From assembly GCA_049515535.1 (NCBI GenBank), contig JBEKTZ010000003.1:1-64000 (forward strand): a stretch of DNA of 64,000 nucleotides, given 5' to 3'. Every line of letters begins with the position of its first letter. The first letter of the stretch is position 1. The translations under genes were made by a program, and so were the position numbers. This document shows, in pieces, positions 48,029-58,499 of this stretch. Source of the DNA: Candidatus Aminicenantales bacterium. Lineage in GTDB: Bacteria > Acidobacteriota > Aminicenantia > Aminicenantales > UBA4085. The notes beneath the pieces were generated by a model. The model did no database searches, was not told the DNA's origin, and saw only the letters and a program-made list of their open reading frames with translations.

Positions 48029-48844
48029 TCATTTGGATTTATCCAGCGCGGCGAGTTCCGCCTTGGCCCATCCGAAATCGGGATTGACCGCGAGCGCTTT
48101 CATCAGCATCTCCCGGGCTTTGCCGGGGTCGTTTTTCCGCCTGTAAGCGAGACCGAGATAGACATAGAGTTCATCTTTTCCCCAATCCGGCTTCAACGGA
48201 TCGGCGGCAACCTCCCGGCCGAACAAACCCTCGGCCTTCTCCAGGAACGGCAAGGCTCGGTCCGGCCCTCCGCCATAGGCTTCGGGCACGTACAGAGTGT
48301 ATTCGCCCTGGAGAAGATGAATCCTTGGGTCGGCCGGACTTTTTTCCTCTGCCTGGGCAAAATACTGGTAGCTTTTCATCCCGAGGGTCATGGCCCGGTC
48401 GGGATGAACGGCAATTTCCAGGCCCAGGAAATAACCGTAAAGCGCAAACGCCTCCCCGAATGACGGATCATGGCGCATCGCGCTCTCCAGGTAGCGTTCG
48501 CCTTCGACGAGATTGCGGTCCGCTCCGGCCGGATCGCTGGAATTCAAGGCCAGCACGATCAACCGGAAATCGGCGAGGGCGATGTCATACTCCAAAACGG
48601 CCGAGGGTTCCGAGCTCTTCATCAAGGCGTTCAGGAACAAGTCCCGGGCCTTCCCGACGGATTCGGAGTTCCCGGCATCCACGCCCGTTTTGAGAAGTGC
48701 TTTGGCCTCGACGATGGATTGGACGACGGGGGATAGGGCCTGGGTTCCCTCTTCGATCGATCGCGCGTCGGAAGGTGAACCGGCGAGCCAGCCGGTCGTT
48801 CCGAGAATGAAAAGCGACAGGAAAACAGCGGATAAATTTCGCAT
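48029..48844 (-). CDS. Exported TPR protein
   Basis: Signal peptide from ATG 48844; PEAYGGG, PDWG, C-terminal TPR (KALAVNPDF). Confidence 0.75.
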   Translation of the reverse strand: MRNLSAVFLSLFILGTTGWLAGSPSDARSIEEGTQALSPVVQSIVEAKALLKTGVDAGNSESVGKARDLFLNALMKSSEPSAVLEYDIALADFRLIVLALNSSDPAGADRNLVEGERYLESAMRHDPSFGEAFALYGYFLGLEIAVHPDRAMTLGMKSYQYFAQAEEKSPADPRIHLLQGEYTLYVPEAYGGGPDRALPFLEKAEGLFGREVAADPLKPDWGKDELYVYLGLAYRRKNDPGKAREMLMKALAVNPDFGWAKAELAALDKSK

Positions 48845-48870
48845 GGGTTTCTCCTTAAAAAAATTCCCTG

Positions 48871-49173
48871 TCATCGTCCCGGGGGAAGATAGCTCTCCAG
48901 GGCCTTGACGTAGCGGGCGAAGGCCGATCGTCCCTTGCCGGTGATGGAACACGTCGTGACGGGTTTCTTTCCCCGAAACGACTTGGCCACGCCGACGTAG
49001 CCGGACTCCTCGAGTTTCGTCAAGTGCGTGCTCAGGTTGCCGTCCGTCGCCTCGGTCGCCTTCTTCAGATAATTGAAATCGGCGTTTTCGACTGAAACCA
49101 GGATCGAGAGCACGGCCAGCCGGACCTGGGAATGAATCACGGGATCGAGCGGCTCGAGTTTGCCGGCCGTCAT
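48871..49173 (-). CDS. Winged-helix transcriptional regulator (MarR/ArsR-like)
   Basis: LDPVIHSQVRLAVLSIL...TDGNLSTHLTKLEESGYV...ITGKGR. Confidence 0.9.
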   Translation of the reverse strand: MTAGKLEPLDPVIHSQVRLAVLSILVSVENADFNYLKKATEATDGNLSTHLTKLEESGYVGVAKSFRGKKPVTTCSITGKGRSAFARYVKALESYLPPGR

Positions 49174-49787
49174 GAAGGCATCCGCTCTCTCCGGAATTTC
49201 AGGCGAAGAACGAACGCGGGAACGAGAAAAAGGGCGATGAAAAGGCCGGTATAGACAGGGATGCGGATCTCGGTGGAGAAGAAGGACAGCCCGATCGCCC
49301 CGGCCCACCAGGCAAGTCCGATGCCCCTCAGGAACGGCCAGGCGAAGATTCCGCCCAGAACGAAAAACAAGATCCCGGAAACAGCCGAAATCAGCACCGG
49401 GATCGCCTCATGGGAGTAGACGCCGGCCGCGGGGAAGAGCAGGCCGACGAGAAGGAACCCGAGCCCGCAGCCGAAATACAAATGACGGGCCGCGGTTTGG
49501 GTGTAGGTCCGGACCGACTCCCGGCGCCCTTTTCTGATGGAGTAAACAATCGTGACGATCCAGCCGAAAATGGTCAGGCCCGCCCAATTCGCCCATTCCC
49601 ATCGATACAACTTCAAGAAGCCGAGGATGTAGCTCCCGATTAAAGCCAGGGCGCAGATGACGCCCCAGAAGACGAAAAGCGTGCCGGATTCGGCCGTCGT
49701 CTGCCGCGTTTTTTCGACCATCGTCTGAATGAGCCGGATCTCCTCGCGGGCCTGGCGTTCGTCCATTTCAGGGTTGCGTTCGTCCAT
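49170..49787 (-). CDS. Hypothetical membrane protein (~6 TM)
   Basis: IRLIQTMVE...G..FVFWG pattern; overlaps the regulator start (ATGA). Confidence 0.75.
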   Translation of the reverse strand: MDERNPEMDERQAREEIRLIQTMVEKTRQTTAESGTLFVFWGVICALALIGSYILGFLKLYRWEWANWAGLTIFGWIVTIVYSIRKGRRESVRTYTQTAARHLYFGCGLGFLLVGLLFPAAGVYSHEAIPVLISAVSGILFFVLGGIFAWPFLRGIGLAWWAGAIGLSFFSTEIRIPVYTGLFIALFLVPAFVLRLKFRRERMPS

Positions 49788-49802
49788 CTTGACTCCTAAT
49801 AA

Positions 49803-49827
49803 TCAAAGTACTTTGAAATACAAAGTA
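49803..49827. promoter_or_regulatory. Palindromic operator of the wHTH/TBDR operon
   Basis: TACTTTG-AAATA-CAAAGTA (49809-49827) overlapping TCAAAGTACTTTGA (49803-49816). Confidence 0.65.
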
Positions 49828-49881
49828 ATATTACGCCGGCCCTTTCCCGATGTCAAGGAATTATTTCGCTGACTGCACAAA

Positions 49882-49911
49882 TTGACTTTCCCCTCCGCCT
49901 TCCCTTATAAT
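49882..49911 (+). promoter_or_regulatory. sigma70-type promoter of ssrA
   Basis: TTGACT-18bp-TATAAT. Confidence 0.6.
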
Positions 49912-49940
49912 CATCCTGTCCGACCTCAAATGCAGGATAT

Positions 49941-50286
49941 GGGGGCGAACGGATTCGACGGAGACAGTGACGCGGAAGACGCATGCCGAGATCCCATCCA
50001 CCTCGTAAAACGGTGGGACCAAGTAAGTGCAGAACCACTGCCCTTAGCTGCCTAATAGAAAGGTATGCCGTTTCTCAGGTTCACTCCTGCGGTTCTTGAG
50101 AAGCGTAGACAAGCAGGATCAGCGGACCGGGCCGGCCTTGAGCCCGGCGAGCGAAACAACATCGAGGCTGGTTTCGCGATACCCGTCCTCTTCGGGAGTC
50201 GCGGAACGAGATCAAAGAAGAGGATAAGCATGTAGAAGGCTTCCGCTGAATGCCTTCGGACGCGGGTTCGATTCCCGCCGCCTCCA
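49941..50286 (+). ncRNA. ssrA: tmRNA (one-piece); tag reading frame AEPLPLAA
   Basis: 5' GGGGGCG..GGATTCGAC, 3' GACGCGGGTTCGATTCCCGCCGCCTCCA; resume codon GCA 50029 to TAA 50055. Confidence 0.95.
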
Positions 50287-50303
50287 AAAATTTATTGAGC
50301 GAT

Positions 50304-51098
50304 ATGACGAGAACACAAAGAATCGCCCGACCGTTCCGGCTGGCCTTCGTCGTCGCGGGGACCCTCGTCGCCGGCCTGGCCGCGTTTTCCGCGGCTCAAG
50401 CCAGAGCGCCGAGGACGATCGTCATCGATCCGGGCCACGGCGGTCTTGATGTCGGGGCGAAGGGCAAATTCGGGGCCCTTGAGAAGAACGTCACCCTCGC
50501 TGTCAGCTTCAAGCTGAAAACGCTCATCGAACAGAATCTGGCTTACCGCGTCGTCCTGACGCGGGACAAGGACATCGACGTGTCGCTCGAGAACAGGTCC
50601 GCGCTGGCGAACAACAACGATGCCACCCTCTTCATCAGCATCCATGCCAACGCCTCGTTCAGGAAAAAGGCCCAGGGCGCGGAAACCTATTTTATGAGCC
50701 TGACCGACATGGACGAGGAAACCCGGAAGCTGGCGTATATGGAAAACAATTCCGCCGCCCTCGATCAGCGCATCGCCGACGAGGCCAAGAACGATGTCCA
50801 GATGATTCTTTGGGACATGGCCCAGTCGGCCTACATCAAGCAGAGCGGACGGCTGGCGGAGCTCATCCAGCAGGAAATCTCATCTGACCCGCTCTTGAAA
50901 ACGGAGAACCGCGGCATCAAGCAGGCGCGCTTCAAGGTCCTGACGGGCGTGGCCTGCCCGGCCGTTCTCGTCGAAGCGGCCTTTATCTCGAATCCCGAAG
51001 AGGAACAAAAGCTGATCACGGACGAGTTCCAAACGAACGTCGCCCAGGCCATTTATAACGGCCTGGTCAAGTACATCCGGCTCACGTCTTCAAGATGA
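50304..51098 (+). CDS. N-acetylmuramoyl-L-alanine amidase (Amidase_3)
   Basis: IVIDPGHGG, EKNV, LTRD, FISIHANA, AVLVEAAFISN; signal peptide. Confidence 0.93.
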   Translation: MTRTQRIARPFRLAFVVAGTLVAGLAAFSAAQARAPRTIVIDPGHGGLDVGAKGKFGALEKNVTLAVSFKLKTLIEQNLAYRVVLTRDKDIDVSLENRSALANNNDATLFISIHANASFRKKAQGAETYFMSLTDMDEETRKLAYMENNSAALDQRIADEAKNDVQMILWDMAQSAYIKQSGRLAELIQQEISSDPLLKTENRGIKQARFKVLTGVACPAVLVEAAFISNPEEEQKLITDEFQTNVAQAIYNGLVKYIRLTSSR

Positions 51099-51682
51099 CT
51101 CCGTTCATGGACAAAAAAAGCTCTTTGGCCCTCGCTCTTTGCGTCGTTCTCGCGGCGCTCGTCGTGGTTTTTTTCTGGTCGAGCGGAAACGAGCGGCTCA
51201 GGAAGTCCGACGGCCGGCCTTCCGCTTCCGAGCCGGCCGCTCTCTCGGACAGAGAGACGAAGAACGTGTCGCTCTTTTTCCTGCGAGAGGACGACGGCCT
51301 GCTCGTCGCCGAGCCGCGTGAAATCGCGGCGGACGCTTCGATCGTCCACGAGGCCGAGGCGGTCATTACCGAGCTCATCAAGGGCTCCCGCGGCGAGCTC
51401 GTATCGCCGCTCCCGCCCGAGACGAAGCTGAGCCAGTTGTTCATCACGAAGGAGGGAACGGCTTACGTCGATTTTTCGCGCGATCTCATCGACAATCATC
51501 CGTCCGGAGCGGCGGCGGAAATCTCCACGGTCTATGCCGTCGTCGATTCCCTGGCTTATAACTTCAAATCCATCAAAAAGGTCTTCATCCTCATCGACGG
51601 CGAGGAGCGCGAAACGCTCGCCGGCCATCTCAGCCTCGACCGGCCGTTCTCGCCCAATTATTCCCTCATCGCCAAACGCTAA
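51095..51682 (+). CDS. GerMN-domain protein
   Basis: N-terminal TM; L..EPREI, ELIKG, AYVDFS, VYAVVDSL, ILIDGEERETLAGH. Confidence 0.85.
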   Translation: MTPFMDKKSSLALALCVVLAALVVVFFWSSGNERLRKSDGRPSASEPAALSDRETKNVSLFFLREDDGLLVAEPREIAADASIVHEAEAVITELIKGSRGELVSPLPPETKLSQLFITKEGTAYVDFSRDLIDNHPSGAAAEISTVYAVVDSLAYNFKSIKKVFILIDGEERETLAGHLSLDRPFSPNYSLIAKR

Positions 51683-53017
51683 ATGCGCCAAGTCGTCATT
51701 ATCGGGTTTCCGAACGCGGGAAAATCGACGTTGTTCAACCGCCTCGCGCGGCAGAAAAAATCGCTCGTCCATTCCCGGACGGGGATGACCCGGGACCGCG
51801 TCGCGGCGACGTGCGTTTTCGGCGGAAAACGGTTCGAGCTCGTGGATACCGGAGGCTTCGCGGATTCCCAGACCGAGCCGCTGTCGGCCCAGGTAAAAAA
51901 GGCAGCCTGGGAAGCGGCGAAGGCGGCCGATGGTCTGATCCTGCTTCTGGATGGAAGACAGGGCCTTTTGCCCGCCGAACAGGATCTCTATCGGACGCTC
52001 AAGAAATTGGGCAAGCCGCTCTGCGTGGCCGTCAACAAGATCGATTCCGCCGCCCAAGAGGCGACTGTCGGCGATTATTTCCGGCTGGGGGAGGACCGAC
52101 TCTTCTTCATCTCGGCCGAGCATAAAATCGGGATCTCGGAACTGGAAGAAGCCGTCGCCGAGGCGCTCCCGGAAGAAGCCGAGAACGAGGCCGCCGCCGA
52201 TGAGCCGAGGCCGCTGAGGATCGCCATCGTGGGCCGGGTCAATGTCGGGAAATCGTCCCTGGCCAATCGCCTTTACGGCGAAGAGCGCTTCATCGTCAGC
52301 GAGCTGCCTGGGACGACGCGCGACAGCACGGATGTCCTGATCCGGACGGGCGGGAAAGCCTATGTCCTGGTCGATACCGCCGGCATCCGGAAAACGGGCA
52401 AGGTTTCGGACGAGCGGGAGAGCGCCGGCGTCATCAAAGCGAAGAAGAATATCCCCCTGGCCGACGTCATCTGCCTGGTCCTCGACGCCAAGGAATTTCC
52501 GACGCGCCAGGACACCGCGGTGGCCAAGCTGGCCTCCGATTCGGGAAAACCGCTGCTGATCGCCCTGAACAAATGGGACCTGGTCGACGAAGAGGACGTC
52601 TCGTTCGAGGAGGCGAGGGAACTCGTCTTCCGCAGGCTCGAATTCATCGATTACGCGCCGCTGGTCACGGTTTCGGCGCTGACGGGGAAGAGGACGATGA
52701 AGATTTTCGAGCTGGCGGAGCAGGTCTTTCAGAGCGGCCGGAAAAGAATCGGAACGCCGCGTCTGAACAAGTTTCTGGTTCGCATCGGCTCCGCCAGGGA
52801 CCCGCTTTCCAGCGCCGGAAACCGATTTAAAATCAAATACATGACGCAAAAGGGCGTTTTACCGCCCACGTTCGCGCTGTTCACGAATGCCAAGGCCTCC
52901 TTCGCTCCCGCCTACGAGAAATTCTTCATCCAGAAAATGCGGGAGACGTTCGACCTCTGGGGTACCCCGATCAAACTGATCCTGAAAAGCCGGCTCAACG
53001 AGCCAAAGAGAAATTAA
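51683..53017 (+). CDS. der: Ribosome biogenesis GTPase Der
   Basis: Two G domains (GFPNAGKS/DTGG/NKID and GRVNVGKS/DTAG/NKWD), KH-like tail GTPI. Confidence 0.96.
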   Translation: MRQVVIIGFPNAGKSTLFNRLARQKKSLVHSRTGMTRDRVAATCVFGGKRFELVDTGGFADSQTEPLSAQVKKAAWEAAKAADGLILLLDGRQGLLPAEQDLYRTLKKLGKPLCVAVNKIDSAAQEATVGDYFRLGEDRLFFISAEHKIGISELEEAVAEALPEEAENEAAADEPRPLRIAIVGRVNVGKSSLANRLYGEERFIVSELPGTTRDSTDVLIRTGGKAYVLVDTAGIRKTGKVSDERESAGVIKAKKNIPLADVICLVLDAKEFPTRQDTAVAKLASDSGKPLLIALNKWDLVDEEDVSFEEARELVFRRLEFIDYAPLVTVSALTGKRTMKIFELAEQVFQSGRKRIGTPRLNKFLVRIGSARDPLSSAGNRFKIKYMTQKGVLPPTFALFTNAKASFAPAYEKFFIQKMRETFDLWGTPIKLILKSRLNEPKRN

Positions 53018-53134
53018 CGCCGCTATCGAAAGCCGTGCCGCGCTCGTTCAAAGACTTGCTTTTTAACGGGACAGAGAATTAAATAAAGAAGTGGATGGTT
53101 ATTTCGGGGGATCCTTGCGATGACTTTTTGATGG

Positions 53135-55471
53135 GTGGGACGACCGCCCAGAAGAGAGGACATCATTATTAAAAAACAAAGGGGAAGCGGCCGGCGAGGA
53201 AAGGCCGAAGGCGGGGAAGGATTGTGGTCTTTAAAAAAGAAGGAGCCGGCCGGCAAAGGACGTCGAAGCGCCGGGCTGAGGGAAAAAGACATAAAGAAAC
53301 GCGTGGTCCGGCGCGTCGTCGGCGATATCTCCCCAAATCAGCGCGCAGAAGCGGCTAATAAAAACAGCGAAGCATTTTTCCGGCTCATCTTTGAAAACAG
53401 CGCTGACGGCATTCTCCTGACACATCCCGATGGGGATATTTATTCGGCCAATCCAGAAGCCTGCCGAATGTTCGGGAGAACTGAAGAGGAAATCAAAAAG
53501 CTTGGACGCGCGGGGATCGTGGATACGAGGGACCCACGCTTTCCCGCGGCTCTCGAAGAAAGACCTAGAACAGGCAAATTCAAAGGGGAATTGACTCTCG
53601 TTAAAAAAGACGGGGTTACCTTCCCCGCTGATATCTCGACGAAGATCTTCAAGGATTCGAGCGGAAACGATAGAACGATTATGATCATTCGGGACCTCAC
53701 TGAGCGCAAGCGGGCGGAGGAGGGGCTGCGGGAGAGCGAACAGAAGCTGAAGGAGGCTCAGCGCCTGGGCCGGATCGGTCACTGGGAATTCGATCCGAGG
53801 ACGCAGCAGGTTCACTGGTCGGACATGGTCTTCGCTCTCTACAAGCGCGATCCAAAGCTCGGACCGCCCAGCGCGGAGGAGGAAGCCGCGTACTACTCGC
53901 CTGAGGATGCCGAGCGGTTGCGCAATATCTCTAGGCGCACTATTGAGACGGGCGAACCCTATGAGGTTGACGTGCGCATAAGGCTGCCGGGAGGAAGATA
54001 CGCGGATGTCGTTGCCATAGGCACACCCGTCAAGGACGCCCACGGGCGTGTCGTTAAACTACTCGGAACAGTCCAGGACATCACCGAACGCAGGCGGGCG
54101 GAAGAGGCGCTACGAATCTCCGAGGAGAAATACCGTCTGCTGGTGGAAAACGCCACGGAAGTTATCCTCGTCGCACAAGACGGTATGGTTAAGTTCGTCA
54201 ATCACATGGAAAGAAACCCCTTTTCGGTGATGACCGGCTATTCGAAGCAAGAGCTCTTTTCCTCGCCTTTTCTCGAGTTCATCCATCCGGATGACCGGAA
54301 CATGGTGGGGGAACGCTATCTGAGGCGGCTCACGGGCGATGCGGCTCAACCGAGATATGCGTTCAGGTTGGTGGCCCGCGACGGCAGCACCAAATGGGTT
54401 GAAGTCGACGCTATCCGGATTGACTGGGAAGGCCGGCCCGCCACATTGAATTTTCTCAGCGACATCACTGAACGCAAGCGGGCGGAGGAGTCGCTGCGTC
54501 AAACCGAAGAGAATTTCCGCCGGTCCCTGGATGAATCCCCGCTGGGGATTCGCATCGTGAGCGTCGAAGGCGAGACCCTTTATGCCAACCGGGTGACTTT
54601 GGACATCTACGGCTACGACGATATCGAGGAATTGAGATCGACTCCCCTGCAAAAGCGCTACACGCCAGCAAGCTATGCCGAATATCAAATAAGAAAAGAG
54701 ATGAGAATGAACGGAGAGGACTGTCCCTCTGAATACGAAATAAACATCATCAGGAAAACGGGTGAACGCCGCCGTCTTCAGGTCTTCAGAAAAGAAGTTT
54801 TATGGAACGGCCAGAAGCAATTCCAGTCGATCTATCGAGACATCACCGAAACCAAAAAGATGGAGGAAAAAATCCGGGAATCCCTCAGCGGCCTGCAGAA
54901 GGCTTTCAGTGGGATCATCCAGGTCCTTTCCACGGTTTCGGAAAAAAGAGATCCCTACACCGCCGGGCACCAAACGCGCGTGGCGGATTTGACCCGGGCC
55001 ATCGCTCAGGAAATGGGGCTTCCTCCGGAACGGGTGGAAGGCCTGCGCCTGGCCGGGACCATTCACGACATCGGGAAGGTGTCCACCCCTGCCGAAATTC
55101 TGAGCAAACCGTCCCGCCTGACGAATATCGAATTCGACATGGTCAAATCCCATTCCCAAGTCGGATATGACATCCTCCGTGATGTCGACTTCGCTTGGCC
55201 CCTCGCTGAAATAGTCCTCCAGCATCACGAACGGATGGACGGCTCCGGATACCCGAGGGGACTGAAAGACGAGAACATCCTTCTTGAAGCCAGAATTCTT
55301 GCCGTGGGCGATGTCGTGGAGGCCATGGCCTCCCATCGGCCCTATCGCCCCGCCCTGGGAATAGAGGCGGCGCTGGAGGAGATCGAAAAAAACAGCGGCA
55401 TTCTGTACGACTCCGACGTGGTCTCGGCCTGCCTGGGATTGTTCCGCGAAAAAGGGTTCAACTTAAAGTGA
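53135..55471 (+). CDS. Multi-PAS sensor HD-GYP c-di-GMP phosphodiesterase
   Basis: Four PAS/PAC units ending D(I/L)TE; RDPYTAGH, HDIGK, HHERMDGSGYPRG; start uncertain. Confidence 0.9.
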   Translation: MGRPPRREDIIIKKQRGSGRRGKAEGGEGLWSLKKKEPAGKGRRSAGLREKDIKKRVVRRVVGDISPNQRAEAANKNSEAFFRLIFENSADGILLTHPDGDIYSANPEACRMFGRTEEEIKKLGRAGIVDTRDPRFPAALEERPRTGKFKGELTLVKKDGVTFPADISTKIFKDSSGNDRTIMIIRDLTERKRAEEGLRESEQKLKEAQRLGRIGHWEFDPRTQQVHWSDMVFALYKRDPKLGPPSAEEEAAYYSPEDAERLRNISRRTIETGEPYEVDVRIRLPGGRYADVVAIGTPVKDAHGRVVKLLGTVQDITERRRAEEALRISEEKYRLLVENATEVILVAQDGMVKFVNHMERNPFSVMTGYSKQELFSSPFLEFIHPDDRNMVGERYLRRLTGDAAQPRYAFRLVARDGSTKWVEVDAIRIDWEGRPATLNFLSDITERKRAEESLRQTEENFRRSLDESPLGIRIVSVEGETLYANRVTLDIYGYDDIEELRSTPLQKRYTPASYAEYQIRKEMRMNGEDCPSEYEINIIRKTGERRRLQVFRKEVLWNGQKQFQSIYRDITETKKMEEKIRESLSGLQKAFSGIIQVLSTVSEKRDPYTAGHQTRVADLTRAIAQEMGLPPERVEGLRLAGTIHDIGKVSTPAEILSKPSRLTNIEFDMVKSHSQVGYDILRDVDFAWPLAEIVLQHHERMDGSGYPRGLKDENILLEARILAVGDVVEAMASHRPYRPALGIEAALEEIEKNSGILYDSDVVSACLGLFREKGFNLK

Positions 55472-55567
55472 AATCCCCCTGACCGGCAAAGTCTCAGCTT
55501 AAGATCCGGAAGGCACGGGACTGATCTCAGCCGCATCCGCGAAGACCGGCGCCGTGAAAGACGTTTC

Positions 55568-55596
55568 TTGACTTTGAAACGCTATTCCATTATAAA
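55568..55596 (+). promoter_or_regulatory. sigma70-type promoter
   Basis: TTGACT-17bp-TATAAA. Confidence 0.55.
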
Positions 55597-55623
55597 TTTA
55601 TTCTCATCTAAAGAAAGGACAAG

Positions 55624-56640
55624 ATGTCTGAGGAGGTCATGATGTCTCGAAATCGCACGGCGAGCCTGTTTATCGGAACCCTCGCGCTCGTGATGATATT
55701 CGCTTTCGTGAGTTGCCAGAAATTGAGCGTGAGCAAGCTATCCGCTAATTATTCCTTCTCCAAAGCCAACCAGCTTTTTAGGGACGCGAAATATAGCAAA
55801 GCCATCGTCGAATACGAGAATGCCGTCAGGCGCAACCCCGACCTGAAAGATGCCTACCGCTTCCTTGGGGAGAGCTATAAAAACCTGTATATCCCCGGAA
55901 AGGATTCCCAGGAAAACAAGGAAAAGGCGGCCAAGGCTTTGGCTGCCCTGAAGAAAGCCTACGAGATCGACCCTAACAACAAGGATGTCATTTACTCTCT
56001 GGGCGACATGTACGACAGGTTGAGAAATTTCGACGAAGCCGAGAAGATGTATCTCCGGATCGTGGACCTCGAACCGGGCAATATGAACAATTATTACGTC
56101 GTAGCCGAGTTTTACAAGCGATATGCCGGCGAAAAGAAGGAGTTGAAGGCTAAGGCCGAAGACATGTACTTGAGGCGGATCGAGACCGACCCCGAGAACG
56201 TCCAGGGCTACGCTTATATGGCGGACTATTTCGACAAGCTACCGCCGACCGAATACAAGGAAAAGTTCGACAATGCGCTGGAATTCGTGAAAAAGCGCCA
56301 GATGCTCGAACCCAACAGCGCCGTCATATATTATACGATCGGCGTCAATCGTTTCTCGAAAGTCTTCCAGCTCCAGAATTTCCTGTCCCAGCAGGAGAAA
56401 GAACTCCTGGGGGCCGAAGCCGAAAAGAACCTCCTGAAGGCCATCGACCTGGACCCCAATTTCGCCGAGCCGTATTCCTATATGAAAATTCTCTACATCA
56501 ACGTCCAGGCTAAGATCTATCCTGAAAAGGAAAGCCGCTATATGGAACTGGCCACCCAGTATGGCCAGAAATGGGACGATGCCAGAAAGCGGCAGCTTGA
56601 GCGGATGAAACTCGAAAAGGAACTGAAGAGGACCGGATAA
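55624..56640 (+). CDS. TPR-repeat lipoprotein
   Basis: Lipobox-like FVSC after hydrophobic stretch; multiple TPRs; start may be a downstream ATG (55639/55642). Confidence 0.78.
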   Translation: MSEEVMMSRNRTASLFIGTLALVMIFAFVSCQKLSVSKLSANYSFSKANQLFRDAKYSKAIVEYENAVRRNPDLKDAYRFLGESYKNLYIPGKDSQENKEKAAKALAALKKAYEIDPNNKDVIYSLGDMYDRLRNFDEAEKMYLRIVDLEPGNMNNYYVVAEFYKRYAGEKKELKAKAEDMYLRRIETDPENVQGYAYMADYFDKLPPTEYKEKFDNALEFVKKRQMLEPNSAVIYYTIGVNRFSKVFQLQNFLSQQEKELLGAEAEKNLLKAIDLDPNFAEPYSYMKILYINVQAKIYPEKESRYMELATQYGQKWDDARKRQLERMKLEKELKRTG

Positions 56641-56672
56641 GGTCGGAATCCCGTTTCGATCCGACGCTCAAG

Positions 56673-56706
56673 ATCCCCCTTTTCCTCCAGGGAGAGGGGG
56701 ATTTTC
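56673..56706 (+). terminator. Intrinsic terminator
   Basis: ATCCCCCTTTTCC...GGAGAGGGGGAT followed by TTTC. Confidence 0.55.
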
Positions 56707-56733
56707 ATGGTTGGGGAAAAATACGCCGGAAGG

Positions 56734-56762
56734 TTGACTTTATCCCCGATATTTAGTATCTT
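56734..56762 (+). promoter_or_regulatory. sigma70-type promoter of rplM operon
   Basis: TTGACT-17bp-TATCTT. Confidence 0.55.
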
Positions 56763-56831
56763 ATTGCATCATTTAAACTTAGACTTTTACAGAGAGAAAG
56801 TTTAAAATTTTTCATTTTGAGGTTTATCAGG

Positions 56832-57260
56832 ATGAAGACATTTGTCCCAAAAAAGGATGATATCGAGAAGAAGTGGTGGTTGGTCGACGCCGACGGCAAA
56901 ATTCTCGGACGCTTGGCGACGCAAGTGGCGATCCTGCTCCGGGGGAAAAGCAAACCGCAGTTTTCCAATTTTATCGACACGGGCGACTTCGTCATCGTGA
57001 TCAACGCCGCGAAAGTGAGCGTCACGGGGCGGAAGCTCGCGAAAAAGGAATACTTTTCGCATTCGCAATATCCGGGAGGCTTGAAAACCGAAATCCTCGA
57101 GGATCTCCTCGCGAGAAAGCCCGAAGAAGCGATCAAACGAGCCGTGTGGGGCATGATTCCCAAAAACAAGCTCGGCCGCGCCGTGTACAAAAAGCTCAAG
57201 GTCTACCGCGGCCCCGAACACCCCCATGAAGCCCAGAGCCCGCAAGAATACAAGTTTTAG
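56832..57260 (+). CDS. rplM: 50S ribosomal protein L13
   Basis: [35 protein letters not shown]. Confidence 0.98.
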   Translation: MKTFVPKKDDIEKKWWLVDADGKILGRLATQVAILLRGKSKPQFSNFIDTGDFVIVINAAKVSVTGRKLAKKEYFSHSQYPGGLKTEILEDLLARKPEEAIKRAVWGMIPKNKLGRAVYKKLKVYRGPEHPHEAQSPQEYKF

Positions 57261-57268
57261 GAGGCCCA

Positions 57269-57673
57269 TTGAGTCTAATCCAATATTACGGAACCGGTAA
57301 AAGGAAAACATCCATCGCCAGAGTCTTTCTCCGCTCCGGAAAAGGCGACATCACGCTCTTCGTGAATAAAAGGATTCGCCCCTTCGACGATTATTTCCAT
57401 CTCGAATCCCATCGGCTGACCATCAAACAGCCGTTCATGCTGACCGAAACGGAAAACAAGTTCGATCTCTTCCTGCGCATCGAGGGCGGCGGCGTGCGAG
57501 CCCAGTCCGAGGCCATCCGCCTCGGCGCGTCCCGCGCCCTGCTCGAATTCAACCGGGAGCTCAAGCCGAAGCTCAAGGCCGCCGGCTTGCTGACCCGGGA
57601 CTCGCGCATCAAAGAACGGAAGAAATATGGATTGCTCGGCGCCCGAAAAGCCCCGCAGTATCATAAACGCTAA
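57269..57673 (+). CDS. rpsI: 30S ribosomal protein S9
   Basis: YYGTGKRKTSIARV, LTRDSR..ERKKYG, PQYHKR. Confidence 0.97.
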   Translation: MSLIQYYGTGKRKTSIARVFLRSGKGDITLFVNKRIRPFDDYFHLESHRLTIKQPFMLTETENKFDLFLRIEGGGVRAQSEAIRLGASRALLEFNRELKPKLKAAGLLTRDSRIKERKKYGLLGARKAPQYHKR

Positions 57674-57691
57674 GGAAAACGGAGGAAGCAG

Positions 57692-58462
57692 TTGGTTCAA
57701 GTCACGATGAAGGAACTTTTGGAAGCTGGGGTTCATTTCGGCCATCAAACCAAGCGATGGAACCCGAAGATGAAGGAATACATCTACGGCCAGCGCAACG
57801 GCATCTATATCATTGACCTCCAGAAGACGATCAAGGTTTTCAAAGAAGCGCTGCAGTTCGTCAAAACTCTGGCCGAAGAAGGCAAGGACATCCTCTTCGT
57901 GGGCACGAAGAAGCAGGCCCAGGACATCGTCAAGGACGCGGCGACCAAGTGCGAGGCCTGGTACGTCAACCAGCGCTGGCTGGGAGGGCTGCTTACGAAT
58001 TTCAAGGTCATCCGGGGAAGCATCGACAAGCTGATCGAGTTCGATGAAATGCGGGAAGACGGCCGCTGGGACCTCCTCTCCAAGAAGGAGCAGTCCAAAC
58101 AGGATAAGGTCTTCCGGAAGCTGTCCAAGAATTTGGGCGGAATCAGGGCCATGACGGGCAAGCCGGGGGCCATGTTCATCATCGATTCCTCGAACGAGGA
58201 GATCGCCATCGCCGAAGCCATGAAAATGAACATCCCGATCATCGCCATCGTGGACACCAACGGAGATCCGGACAACCTCACGTACCCGATCCCGGGCAAC
58301 GACGACGCGGTCCGGGCCATCGAGCTGTTCGCCAACAAGGTATCCGAATCGATCCTCGAAGGCAAGAAGAGCCGGATCCAAAAGAGCATGATCCAGGACA
58401 AGAAGACGGAAGAAACCCAGGCCGGCGACGAGACGAACGAAACAGGCGCGGAAAACGCCTGA
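57692..58462 (+). CDS. rpsB: 30S ribosomal protein S2
   Basis: [32 protein letters not shown]. Confidence 0.98.
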   Translation: MVQVTMKELLEAGVHFGHQTKRWNPKMKEYIYGQRNGIYIIDLQKTIKVFKEALQFVKTLAEEGKDILFVGTKKQAQDIVKDAATKCEAWYVNQRWLGGLLTNFKVIRGSIDKLIEFDEMREDGRWDLLSKKEQSKQDKVFRKLSKNLGGIRAMTGKPGAMFIIDSSNEEIAIAEAMKMNIPIIAIVDTNGDPDNLTYPIPGNDDAVRAIELFANKVSESILEGKKSRIQKSMIQDKKTEETQAGDETNETGAENA

Positions 58463-58499
58463 GCCGCGTCCGCCGTCGGATTCGATAAAGGAGCAGAGA

